Source of the DNA: Myxococcota bacterium
Lineage (GTDB): Bacteria; Myxococcota_A; UBA796; CAJQPC01
Reading direction: 5' to 3'
Length of the DNA: 64,000 nt
NCBI GenBank assembly: GCA_036229005.1
Contig: JAZAMN010000020.1
Location: forward strand, 1-64,000
The position numbers were made by a program, and so were the translations under genes. This document shows, piece after piece, positions 1 to 7,637 of the stretch; the first letter of the stretch is position 1; each line of letters begins with the position of its first letter. The notes under the pieces are model-generated. The model had not been told where the DNA came from and did not search any database. It saw only the letters and a list, made by a program, of their open reading frames with translations.

Positions 1-282
1 GGTCGAGCACCCCTCCTTGAACTAAGTCCACGGCAAGACCACATCCTCCGCCAGGACCGGGAGGGAGAGCCTCCGCCGATCCACCCTTCACCGAGTCCGG
101 ATGAGTCCAACGAGGAAACTGGACGCCGACGTGCCAGGAAACACCATGCCTTCGGGGAAAAGCCGGACACGCCTTGCGGGGTGAGCCTGCTCGCTGGGAA
201 GCTTCTACCGACCTTTACGGACAAGTATGCCTTGTCCAAACGGACAGCACCATGCTATCAGAGCTCTCAGAGAGGACCATCC

Positions 283-981
283 ATGACCAAGAAAGCAGTC
301 GTCCTGTTCAGTGGCGGACTGGATTCTACCACCTGCCTCGCGATGGCGATCGATCAGGGGTTCGAACCGGTTCCCTTGAGTTTCGACTACCACCAACGCC
401 ACAAGGTCGAACTCGACGCCGCTAGAAGCGTGCTTCAGCACTACGGAATCTCCAAGCACTACATTTTCAACGTCGCGCTATTCAAGGAGATTGGAGGCTC
501 CGCGTTGACAGATGCCAATATCGAGGTGCCGCACCACCAATCTCTCGACGAAGTGAGCACAGGGATCCCAAGCACCTACGTCCCCGCTCGAAATCTGGTG
601 TTCCTTTCCTACGCACTCGGTGTTGCCGAGCAGTCGAAGGCCCATGACATCTTCATCGGCGTCAATGCTGTCGACTACTCCGGCTACCCAGATTGCCGCC
701 CCGAGTTCATCGAAGCCTTTCGGGCCGTCGCCAACCTTGCTGTGAAGGAAGGAGTCGAAGGTGGGGTGTTTCGAATTCACACGCCCCTGATCGCCCTGAC
801 CAAAGCCCAGATCGTCCAGGCTGGCTCCAAGTTGGACGTCCCCTACCAGTTGACCCATAGTTGCTATTCCCCCGTCGATGGACTCGCTTGCGGGCATTGC
901 GACTCTTGCCTCCTCCGCCGAAAGGGATTCGAAGAAGCCGGGCTTCCCGACCCGACCCGCTACAGCCCTACGACCTCGTGA
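283..981 (+). CDS. queC: 7-cyano-7-deazaguanine (preQ0) synthase QueC
   Basis: PP-loop [32 protein letters not shown] and Zn motif SCY...CGHCDSC. ATG at 283 follows AGAGGA. Confidence 0.96.
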   Translation: MTKKAVVLFSGGLDSTTCLAMAIDQGFEPVPLSFDYHQRHKVELDAARSVLQHYGISKHYIFNVALFKEIGGSALTDANIEVPHHQSLDEVSTGIPSTYVPARNLVFLSYALGVAEQSKAHDIFIGVNAVDYSGYPDCRPEFIEAFRAVANLAVKEGVEGGVFRIHTPLIALTKAQIVQAGSKLDVPYQLTHSCYSPVDGLACGHCDSCLLRRKGFEEAGLPDPTRYSPTTS

Positions 982-989
982 GGCCAAGG

Positions 990-1628
990 GTGGCCTACAC
1001 AGTTAAAGAGACCTACCTCACACTGCAGGGCGAAGGCACTCACGCAGGGCGAGCGGCCGTCTTCTGTCGGTTCACAGGCTGCAATCTATGGTCGGGTCGT
1101 GAGCGGGACCGAGAGTCCTCCGCCTGCAGTTTCTGTGATACCGATTTCGTGGGTACCGACGGTCCTGGAGGGGGACGGTTCGCCAGCGCTCCAGACCTCG
1201 CAGCTCACATCTACGAAGTGTGGAGGGCCCGCGCATCTGGGGGCAAGCCCTACGTAGTGTTCACAGGCGGGGAACCGCTGCTTCAGTTGGACCAACCTCT
1301 CACCGACGCTTGCAAAGCTCGAGGGATAGAAGTGGGCGTGGAGACCAACGGAACCCGTCCTCTACCGTCAGGAGTGAACTGGGTCTGCGTCAGCCCCAAG
1401 GCAGGTACCAAACTGGTGGTCCGGACTGGACAGGAACTAAAACTAGTCTTCCCACAATCGGGCTTGCGGCCTGAGGACGTTGGAGGACTAGCCTTCGACC
1501 ACTTCTTCCTCCAGCCCATGGATGGGCCTGACCAGGCGGCAAACACGCGCCTGGCCGTGGACTACTGCCTCCGCAACCCAACGTGGCGCCTCTCCCTTCA
1601 GACCCACAAGCTCATCGGGATCCCATAA
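990..1628 (+). CDS. queE: 7-carboxy-7-deazaguanine synthase QueE, Cx14CxxC-type radical SAM
   Basis: TLQGEG, CRFTGC-x14-CSFCDTDF, FTGGEPLLQ, ETNGT, WVCVSPK and WRLSLQTHK. GTG start at 990 (978 is an alternative). Confidence 0.95.
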   Translation: MAYTVKETYLTLQGEGTHAGRAAVFCRFTGCNLWSGRERDRESSACSFCDTDFVGTDGPGGGRFASAPDLAAHIYEVWRARASGGKPYVVFTGGEPLLQLDQPLTDACKARGIEVGVETNGTRPLPSGVNWVCVSPKAGTKLVVRTGQELKLVFPQSGLRPEDVGGLAFDHFFLQPMDGPDQAANTRLAVDYCLRNPTWRLSLQTHKLIGIP

Positions 1629-2776
1629 TGTCGACTGACACGACATCGCCCCTGTTCGGACACCTTCCAGACCACGCGAGCGAGGCCGACCATCGCGCCC
1701 TTGCAATCGATAAGGTTGGAATCAAGGACCTTTCCTATCCCATCCAGGTACTGGACCGCAAAAACCAAGTCCAGCATACGGTGGCAAACGTCAACCTCTA
1801 CGTAAGCCTGCCCCAACACTTCAAGGGCACGCACATGAGCCGGTTCATCGAGATCCTAAATGCCCGACGGGGGGAAATGACGATCCGTAACATGCCGGAG
1901 ATCCTCTCCGAAATCCAGGACCGATTGGAGGCTGAGGACGCCCACATCGAACTAGAGTTCCCCTTCTTCATCTCGAAGAGAGCTCCCGTGAGCGGCGTCG
2001 AATCGCTGATGGAGTACGGGTGTAGCTTCACTGCCTCGAAGCAGGGCCCCCATGTAGACTTCGTGCTCGGCCTTCGGGTACCAGTAAAGAGCCTCTGTCC
2101 TTGTTCAAAGGCAGTCAGCCAATACGGCGCCCACAATCAACGCAGTCTGGTCGACGTCCGAATCCGGTCAAGCGAGTTCGTCTGGATCGAGGACGCTGTC
2201 AGTGCGGTCGAGAGCTGCGCATCCTCCCCCCTCTTCGCTCTGCTCAAGCGCGAGGACGAGAAATTCGTCACCGAGTTGGCATACGACAATCCCAAGTTCG
2301 TCGAGGACCTTGTACGCGACGTAGTCTTGTCCCTTCGAGCTCTGCCAGGCGTTCGGTGGCTCCACGTCGCTGCCGAGAACCAGGAGTCTATCCACAATCA
2401 TTCCGCATACGCGGAGATTGAGTGGAGCCTGGAAGAGGACGTGACAGCGCGTCAGCAGGACCTGGCGCTTCCTTCGGTGGGACAGTCGGACGAGGAGCTT
2501 CCCTTCGGAGTCTGGCTCAAGCGACAGCGACAGGCCCGCGCCTTCAGCCAGCAGGAACTCGCGGGTCACCTGGGAGTGTCCGCGGCCCACCTTAGCCGCG
2601 TCGAAACGGGTGAGAAGAGGCTATCAGCAGACGCCCTGCAGCGGGCCGCGGATCTCTTGGGCCTGGACGGGGACCTCGTCGCGCTGAGGGCTGGGATCGT
2701 CCCACCAGAGCTTCTGGCAGTCATCACCAGGGATCCCGGGGCGTTCCGTCGCTGGGCCAGCAACGCGCCGCAGTAG
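1628..2776 (+). CDS. folE2: GTP cyclohydrolase IB (FolE2) with C-terminal XRE-family HTH
   Basis: IDKVGI, KGTHMSRF, SLCPCSK, GAHNQRS, LLKREDEK, NPKFVEDLVRD and ESIHNHSAYA. These are followed in frame by LKRQRQARAFSQQELAGHLGVSAAHLSRVETG (HTH). ATG overlaps the queE stop (TAATG). Confidence 0.93.
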   Translation: MSTDTTSPLFGHLPDHASEADHRALAIDKVGIKDLSYPIQVLDRKNQVQHTVANVNLYVSLPQHFKGTHMSRFIEILNARRGEMTIRNMPEILSEIQDRLEAEDAHIELEFPFFISKRAPVSGVESLMEYGCSFTASKQGPHVDFVLGLRVPVKSLCPCSKAVSQYGAHNQRSLVDVRIRSSEFVWIEDAVSAVESCASSPLFALLKREDEKFVTELAYDNPKFVEDLVRDVVLSLRALPGVRWLHVAAENQESIHNHSAYAEIEWSLEEDVTARQQDLALPSVGQSDEELPFGVWLKRQRQARAFSQQELAGHLGVSAAHLSRVETGEKRLSADALQRAADLLGLDGDLVALRAGIVPPELLAVITRDPGAFRRWASNAPQ

Positions 2777-2889
2777 GAACCTGCGCAACTGGCGTCGAAA
2801 CCCTGGCCACCTGAAGCTCAGGTGAGCTGTAGTTTTGCCAAACGGCAAGCTCGGTGGTATCAGAGGCGGCCTCACTCCGTCGGGAAACG

Positions 2890-3804
2890 ATGCTCACCCT
2901 CCTCTTGGCCTGTACCGATTCCAAGCGCTTCCCGCCGGCCCCTGGCCTTAGGATGGAGGCGAATGTGGCCAAGCCGCTATTGGAAACTCGAAAGGCATGG
3001 AAGGCTGCACTGCGCGGTTCCGAACCCGTGAGCCGGGCCGGGAAGCTCTACAAGGGTGGCTACTGGACCGCCGCAACCCGCGCCAGGATCGACGCGGCGG
3101 TGCCGATCAAGACACTCGTCGTCTCGGCTGGCCTCGGACTAGTTGATGTTCAGGATTGGGTTCCCTCCTACGCGGCGACGTTCACCCCGGGAACTCCCGA
3201 TTCTATTCCCGGAGCTGGGAACTCCGGCGCGTCGCGGCTGTGGTGGAGCGGGCTGGGCGCAGCTGACCGTTTCAAGCGGGAGGTGACCGGCCAACCTGAC
3301 CCCAGAGTCATCGCGGCGCTGCCAACTCGATACCTAGACGCCGCGCAACCCGCGCTCGCCGACTTCGTCAGAGTGCATGGCCACGAGCGGCTTGCCGTCC
3401 TTGGCGGCGTCGGCGGCAAGTCTCAGTTTCCGGAGTTCGAACAGAGTTGGGTTGCGCTCGACTTGAGAATGGTCCACAAGTTGGGTGGGACCGCGGGCCA
3501 GTTGACGGCACGCGCCCTGCGCTGGGTCTGCGACCAGTTGGACAGTCCGGCCAGCGCCAACCCCGACAACCTTCGCAGGCTCCTGGCCCCCTTGGTCGAC
3601 CCCGATGCTCCTCCGCTCTACCCCAAGCGCAAGAAAAGGACGCCGGAGGAGGTCGAGGCCTGGATCTTGAGGGCGTGGTCCCAAAAGACACCCCCCACAT
3701 CAGCGACTGCGGCACTCCGCCGATTCCGCGCCGAAGGCAATGCCTTCGAGCAGAAGCGATTCAGTTCCATCTACCGTGCCCTTGACGCGCAGAGGGAGGA
3801 CTAG
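2890..3804 (+). CDS. YaaA/DUF328-like protein, putative DpdC
   Basis: CTDSK...AGKLYKGGYW...VVSAGLGLV...VPSYAATF resembles the YaaA-like fold reported for DpdC. It is translationally coupled to the dpdB-dpdA genes. Confidence 0.6.
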   Translation: MLTLLLACTDSKRFPPAPGLRMEANVAKPLLETRKAWKAALRGSEPVSRAGKLYKGGYWTAATRARIDAAVPIKTLVVSAGLGLVDVQDWVPSYAATFTPGTPDSIPGAGNSGASRLWWSGLGAADRFKREVTGQPDPRVIAALPTRYLDAAQPALADFVRVHGHERLAVLGGVGGKSQFPEFEQSWVALDLRMVHKLGGTAGQLTARALRWVCDQLDSPASANPDNLRRLLAPLVDPDAPPLYPKRKKRTPEEVEAWILRAWSQKTPPTSATAALRRFRAEGNAFEQKRFSSIYRALDAQRED

Positions 3805-4931
3805 TGGCAACAAAGTTCGTCGATCGAAGGGCGCTACAGCTTCACCAACACGATGACTACCCGGTCTATGTCTTCTGCCTCGCACCGGCCGAAGTCCTGA
3901 GGGTCGCGGCGATCAGCCGAATCGACCGGAACGACGAAGGTGAACTCATCGGGTATCAGAGGGACGAAGTCAAGCGCCACGTCAACGACATTTTCGAGTA
4001 CGTCGAAGCCGGACCGGTGTTGTTCCCCAATGCGATCATCTTGTCGTTCAACGAAGAAGTCCGGTTCCGAAGAAGTCGCGGCCCCAACACCGACGATGGC
4101 TTCTCCACCTCCGGCGTTCTAGAAGTCCCACTCCCGGACGACGGGGAGCCGAAACCGGCATGGATTGTGGACGGACAACAGCGCGCCCTGGCCTTGAGTC
4201 GAACTAAGAACCAAGCGCTGGCCGTGCCTGTCGTAGCGTTCGTTGGGGACCGCGTTGACATCCAACGCGACCAGTTCCTCCGGATCAACAACACCCGACC
4301 GCTTCCCCGCGGTTTAGTTACGGAACTGCTCCCCCAGGTCGACACGACCCTACCTCGACGGATGGCGGTTCGGAAGTTGCCATCGGCCATTTGCGACCTG
4401 CTGAACAGCGTTCCTGAGAGTCCCTTCCGCGGGCTCATCAAGCGTCCTTCAGTCCGGGGGGACGCTGCCAAGACTGCCGTAATAACCGACACTTCCGTTG
4501 TCGACATGGTTCGGCAGCGCTTCAAGAGCCCAAGTGGCTGTCTCTTCCCCTACTACAACATGGCGTCTGGGGAGACGGATACACAGGCTGTGATGAACCT
4601 CTTGATTGACTACTGGCGGGCGGTAGCAGACACATTCCCGGAAGCATGGGCGCGTCCCACCACCCGGAGTCGCCTGACGCACGGGGCCGGGATCAAGTCC
4701 ATGGGAAATCTGATGGATACCATCATGGGACAAGTCCGTCCTACGGATGATGGATACGACATTGCCATGCTAGGTCTCAGTCGCGTGGCACCAATCTGCC
4801 GTTGGACCTCAGGTCACTGGGAAGGCCTGAACGGAATGCACTGGAAGGAGATCGAGAACACCCCGCGTAGCGTTCGACTTCTCACCAACCATCTGCTGCG
4901 CGAATACCACTTGTCGGCGAACCGTACGTGA
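3804..4931 (+). CDS. dpdB: DGQHR/DndB-like protein DpdB (copy 1)
   Basis: GYQR, FPNAIIL, WIVDGQQR, QFLRINNTRPLP and SRLTHGAG. Overlaps the dpdA start. Confidence 0.88.
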   Translation: MATKFVDRRALQLHQHDDYPVYVFCLAPAEVLRVAAISRIDRNDEGELIGYQRDEVKRHVNDIFEYVEAGPVLFPNAIILSFNEEVRFRRSRGPNTDDGFSTSGVLEVPLPDDGEPKPAWIVDGQQRALALSRTKNQALAVPVVAFVGDRVDIQRDQFLRINNTRPLPRGLVTELLPQVDTTLPRRMAVRKLPSAICDLLNSVPESPFRGLIKRPSVRGDAAKTAVITDTSVVDMVRQRFKSPSGCLFPYYNMASGETDTQAVMNLLIDYWRAVADTFPEAWARPTTRSRLTHGAGIKSMGNLMDTIMGQVRPTDDGYDIAMLGLSRVAPICRWTSGHWEGLNGMHWKEIENTPRSVRLLTNHLLREYHLSANRT

Positions 4932-6184
4932 AGTTCTTCTACGCAGACGCTCTGGACCTTGTGGACCCTGGGTATGACTTCAGAAAGGACAAGTTCTCTC
5001 CCGGCCGTATGCCCCAGCGAGATGACGTCTACGCACATGAACTAATGACCCCCGAGCGACCCTACGATGGCCTCCTGGTCAGCCGCTTCCTGCTCGACGG
5101 AAGAGGTTCTCAGGGCCGCTATACCATGGCGCAGCGGCAGCGCTTTGTTCGCAACGGAGCTCAGCGGTTCCTCCGGTTTCCAGCCGATGGGCGATATGAC
5201 CCGGACAGGTTCCCGATCCTCTGTGACTGTGGAGCCTTCAACTATCGCAACGACCATGAGCCTCCGTACTCCGTAGAGGACATGGTTGAGTTCTACGAAC
5301 TCGGCGGCTTCACGCACGGTGTCTCTGTGGATCACATGATCGGAACCTTCGACCCGATGCTAGACCACCCAACCATTGGAGGCATTCCTGCAGAACTGCA
5401 GAGGCGGTACGACATCACAGTCGCGAATGCCGAACGCCTCCGCAGCATCGTTGTGCGAGACCAACCCCGGTTTACTGCTCTTGGCGTTGCGCAAGGCTGG
5501 AGCCCAGAATCCTATGCTCGGGCGGTGCAGTCCCTGATCGCCATGGGCTACGACTACGTTGCCCTGGGCGGCCTCGTGCCCCTCAAGACGAGAGAAATCT
5601 TGGCTGTTCTCGAGGGCGTAAAGGCGGTAACTGCAGGCAAGACCAAGCTCCACCTCTTCGGCATCACGCGGCTGGAAAACTTCCAGGTATTCCGCGACGC
5701 AGGAGTCGCGAGTTTCGACAGTACATCGCCGCTCCGTCAGGCGTTCAAGGACGCGAAAGACAACTACTACTCAGCTTCCGGCCACTATTCAGCAGTCCGG
5801 GTGCCCCAGGCAGACGTCTACCCAAAACTAGTACGTCGAATCCGAAAGGGAGAGGTCGAGCGCCTCGAGGCCGTTCGACTCGAACGCGCATGCCTTGAGA
5901 GCCTCTACGCGTTGGACCGAGGGGAGGTGAGGGTGTCCGAGGCGATGGAAGCACTCCGCTCGTACGAGGGCCTTTTTGGTGGCAACTCCAAGTGGGCAGC
6001 CGTCAAGCGGACTCTCGAAGACAAGCCCTGGCAATCCTGCGAGTGTCCAATCTGCCGTGAGATTGGCATCGACGTCGTCATTTTCCGAGGAGCGAACCGG
6101 AACCGACGCCGCGGCTTCCACAACCTCCTGTTCACACAAAAGACCCTTCACGAATATCGAACCGGAAGCCCTGCAGATGCCTGA
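4928..6184 (+). CDS. dpdA: DNA 7-deazaguanine transglycosylase DpdA (TGT-like)
   Basis: N-terminal MKFFYAD..D.VDPGYDF...RDDVYAHE. TGT-like motifs DCGAF, SVDH, AQGW, LGGL, HLFG and SFDS. Zn site CECPIC...GFHNL. Confidence 0.93.
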   Translation: MKFFYADALDLVDPGYDFRKDKFSPGRMPQRDDVYAHELMTPERPYDGLLVSRFLLDGRGSQGRYTMAQRQRFVRNGAQRFLRFPADGRYDPDRFPILCDCGAFNYRNDHEPPYSVEDMVEFYELGGFTHGVSVDHMIGTFDPMLDHPTIGGIPAELQRRYDITVANAERLRSIVVRDQPRFTALGVAQGWSPESYARAVQSLIAMGYDYVALGGLVPLKTREILAVLEGVKAVTAGKTKLHLFGITRLENFQVFRDAGVASFDSTSPLRQAFKDAKDNYYSASGHYSAVRVPQADVYPKLVRRIRKGEVERLEAVRLERACLESLYALDRGEVRVSEAMEALRSYEGLFGGNSKWAAVKRTLEDKPWQSCECPICREIGIDVVIFRGANRNRRRGFHNLLFTQKTLHEYRTGSPADA

Positions 6185-7295
6185 AACCATCACCCTTCCC
6201 GCCCTGGCTCTCACCCAAAGCCCTGGACGCCGAATCTTCGCCTTCGGCGTGGACGGCAAAGACGTACCCCGGTTCGCCGAGGTGTTTCGTGCCTCCAGGA
6301 AGGACGGCGGCACACTGTTCGGGTACCAGCGCCACGAAGTCCGTCGGCACATCGAGGAGATCCGGCGCTACGTTGAAAGTGAGCGTCCAATGATCCCCAA
6401 CGCAGTGGTACTGGCGTTCTCGCCCAAGGTCCGGTTCGAGGCACTGGACGGCTACCCGGAAGGGCCATCGACCATAGGAAAGCTCCATATCCCTGTCTCC
6501 GACAACGCCGACGAGGCCCCGACTGGCTGGATCGTTGACGGCCAACAGCGCCTGACGGCAATCCGGGAGGCCAACGTCGACCAGTTCAAGATGTTCGCGG
6601 TCGGCTTCATCGCAGCTGACGAAGGTGAACAGCGAGAGCAGTTTATTCTTGTCAATAACACTCGCCCCCTGCCCAAGTCGCTCATCTATGAACTGCTCCC
6701 CGGCGTGGACGCGGAGCTACCACCAGCCTTGGCGAAGCGGCGAATGCCGACACTGCTCGTCGACCTACTGAACAACACCCCCGGATCGCCGCTTTACCAC
6801 GTTGTGCGCCAGCACACGAACCCGTCGGGCCGCCTCCGCGACAATTCGTTGATCAAGATGCTGGAGAATAGCCTTAGCGACGGGATGCTATACCGCTACC
6901 GCCTGACAGAGCCAGCAGAGACTCAACTGGAAGGCATGGCCCGACTCCTCATGGAATACTGGTCTGCTGTGAAGCAGGTCTGGGGGGACATCTGGGAGCT
7001 CAAGCCACGGCAGTCCCGCCTACTTCATGGTGCAGGAGTGGTGAGCCTCGGGTTCCTCATGGACGCCATCGCTGGGAAGCATCAGGAAAAGGGATGGCCC
7101 ACCAGCGCGCTCTTTGCCGAAGAACTCGAGAAGATGAAGCCTCATTGCCGATGGGCAGCCGGGTATTGGGAGTTCGGGCCCTCCACGAAACTCCAATGGA
7201 ATGAGGTCCAAAACACCTCAAAGGACGTCCAGATGCTGGCGAATCACTTGATTCGGATCTACCTGCGCTTGCCTGGCGAAGCGCCGCCTCATTGA
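6177..7295 (+). CDS. dpdB: DGQHR/DndB-like protein DpdB (copy 2)
   Basis: GYQRHEV, IPNAVVL, WIVDGQQR, QFILVNNTRPLP and SRLLHGAG. ATG at 6177 overlaps the dpdA end. Confidence 0.88.
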   Translation: MPETITLPALALTQSPGRRIFAFGVDGKDVPRFAEVFRASRKDGGTLFGYQRHEVRRHIEEIRRYVESERPMIPNAVVLAFSPKVRFEALDGYPEGPSTIGKLHIPVSDNADEAPTGWIVDGQQRLTAIREANVDQFKMFAVGFIAADEGEQREQFILVNNTRPLPKSLIYELLPGVDAELPPALAKRRMPTLLVDLLNNTPGSPLYHVVRQHTNPSGRLRDNSLIKMLENSLSDGMLYRYRLTEPAETQLEGMARLLMEYWSAVKQVWGDIWELKPRQSRLLHGAGVVSLGFLMDAIAGKHQEKGWPTSALFAEELEKMKPHCRWAAGYWEFGPSTKLQWNEVQNTSKDVQMLANHLIRIYLRLPGEAPPH

Positions 7296-7637
7296 TCCGA
7301 GCACTTCGACACTGACGCTCGGCGCGCCACTGTTCAACGGCGGACGCCACCGACGGATCGAGCCCCGAGCACCACGGCTTCGACTACCCCAGCCTGAGGC
7401 AGTTTCGGTGAGACCGCGCCCTGTATGTTTTGGACCCGGGTAGCCGAATTCTCGGCTACAAGCGCACTCGACGACCGAGTCCCGTTCGCATTTCGTTGCG
7501 CGACCTCTCAAGCGCCCCAAGGACTCTCCCAGATCATCTTCGGCCACCCTCGTGTAGTTTCCCACCTCGGATCTCCGGCAGTTTTCTCAAGCTGGTCGAT
7601 TCCCTAACATCAGTCCGCATCATGAGGGCTGATCGGA

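Noticed and set aside
283..981. QatC or CBASS-associated QueC-like defence protein
   Set aside because: Canonical QueC length and motifs, in an operon with queE and folE2. No qatA/B/D or cyclase genes.
4928..6184. Queuosine tRNA-guanine transglycosylase (tgt) for tRNA modification
   Set aside because: The N-terminal motif and the context (DGQHR proteins, helicases, no queA/queF) match DNA-acting DpdA, not housekeeping Tgt.
3804..7295. Dnd phosphorothioation system suggested by DndB-like proteins
   Set aside because: No dndA/C/D/E-like genes are present, and the proteins flank dpdA.
7218..7565. Small ORFs in the gap between dpdB copy 2 and the nuclease
   Set aside because: No recognisable motifs or coding bias, and they overlap neighbours. 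Treated as intergenic.
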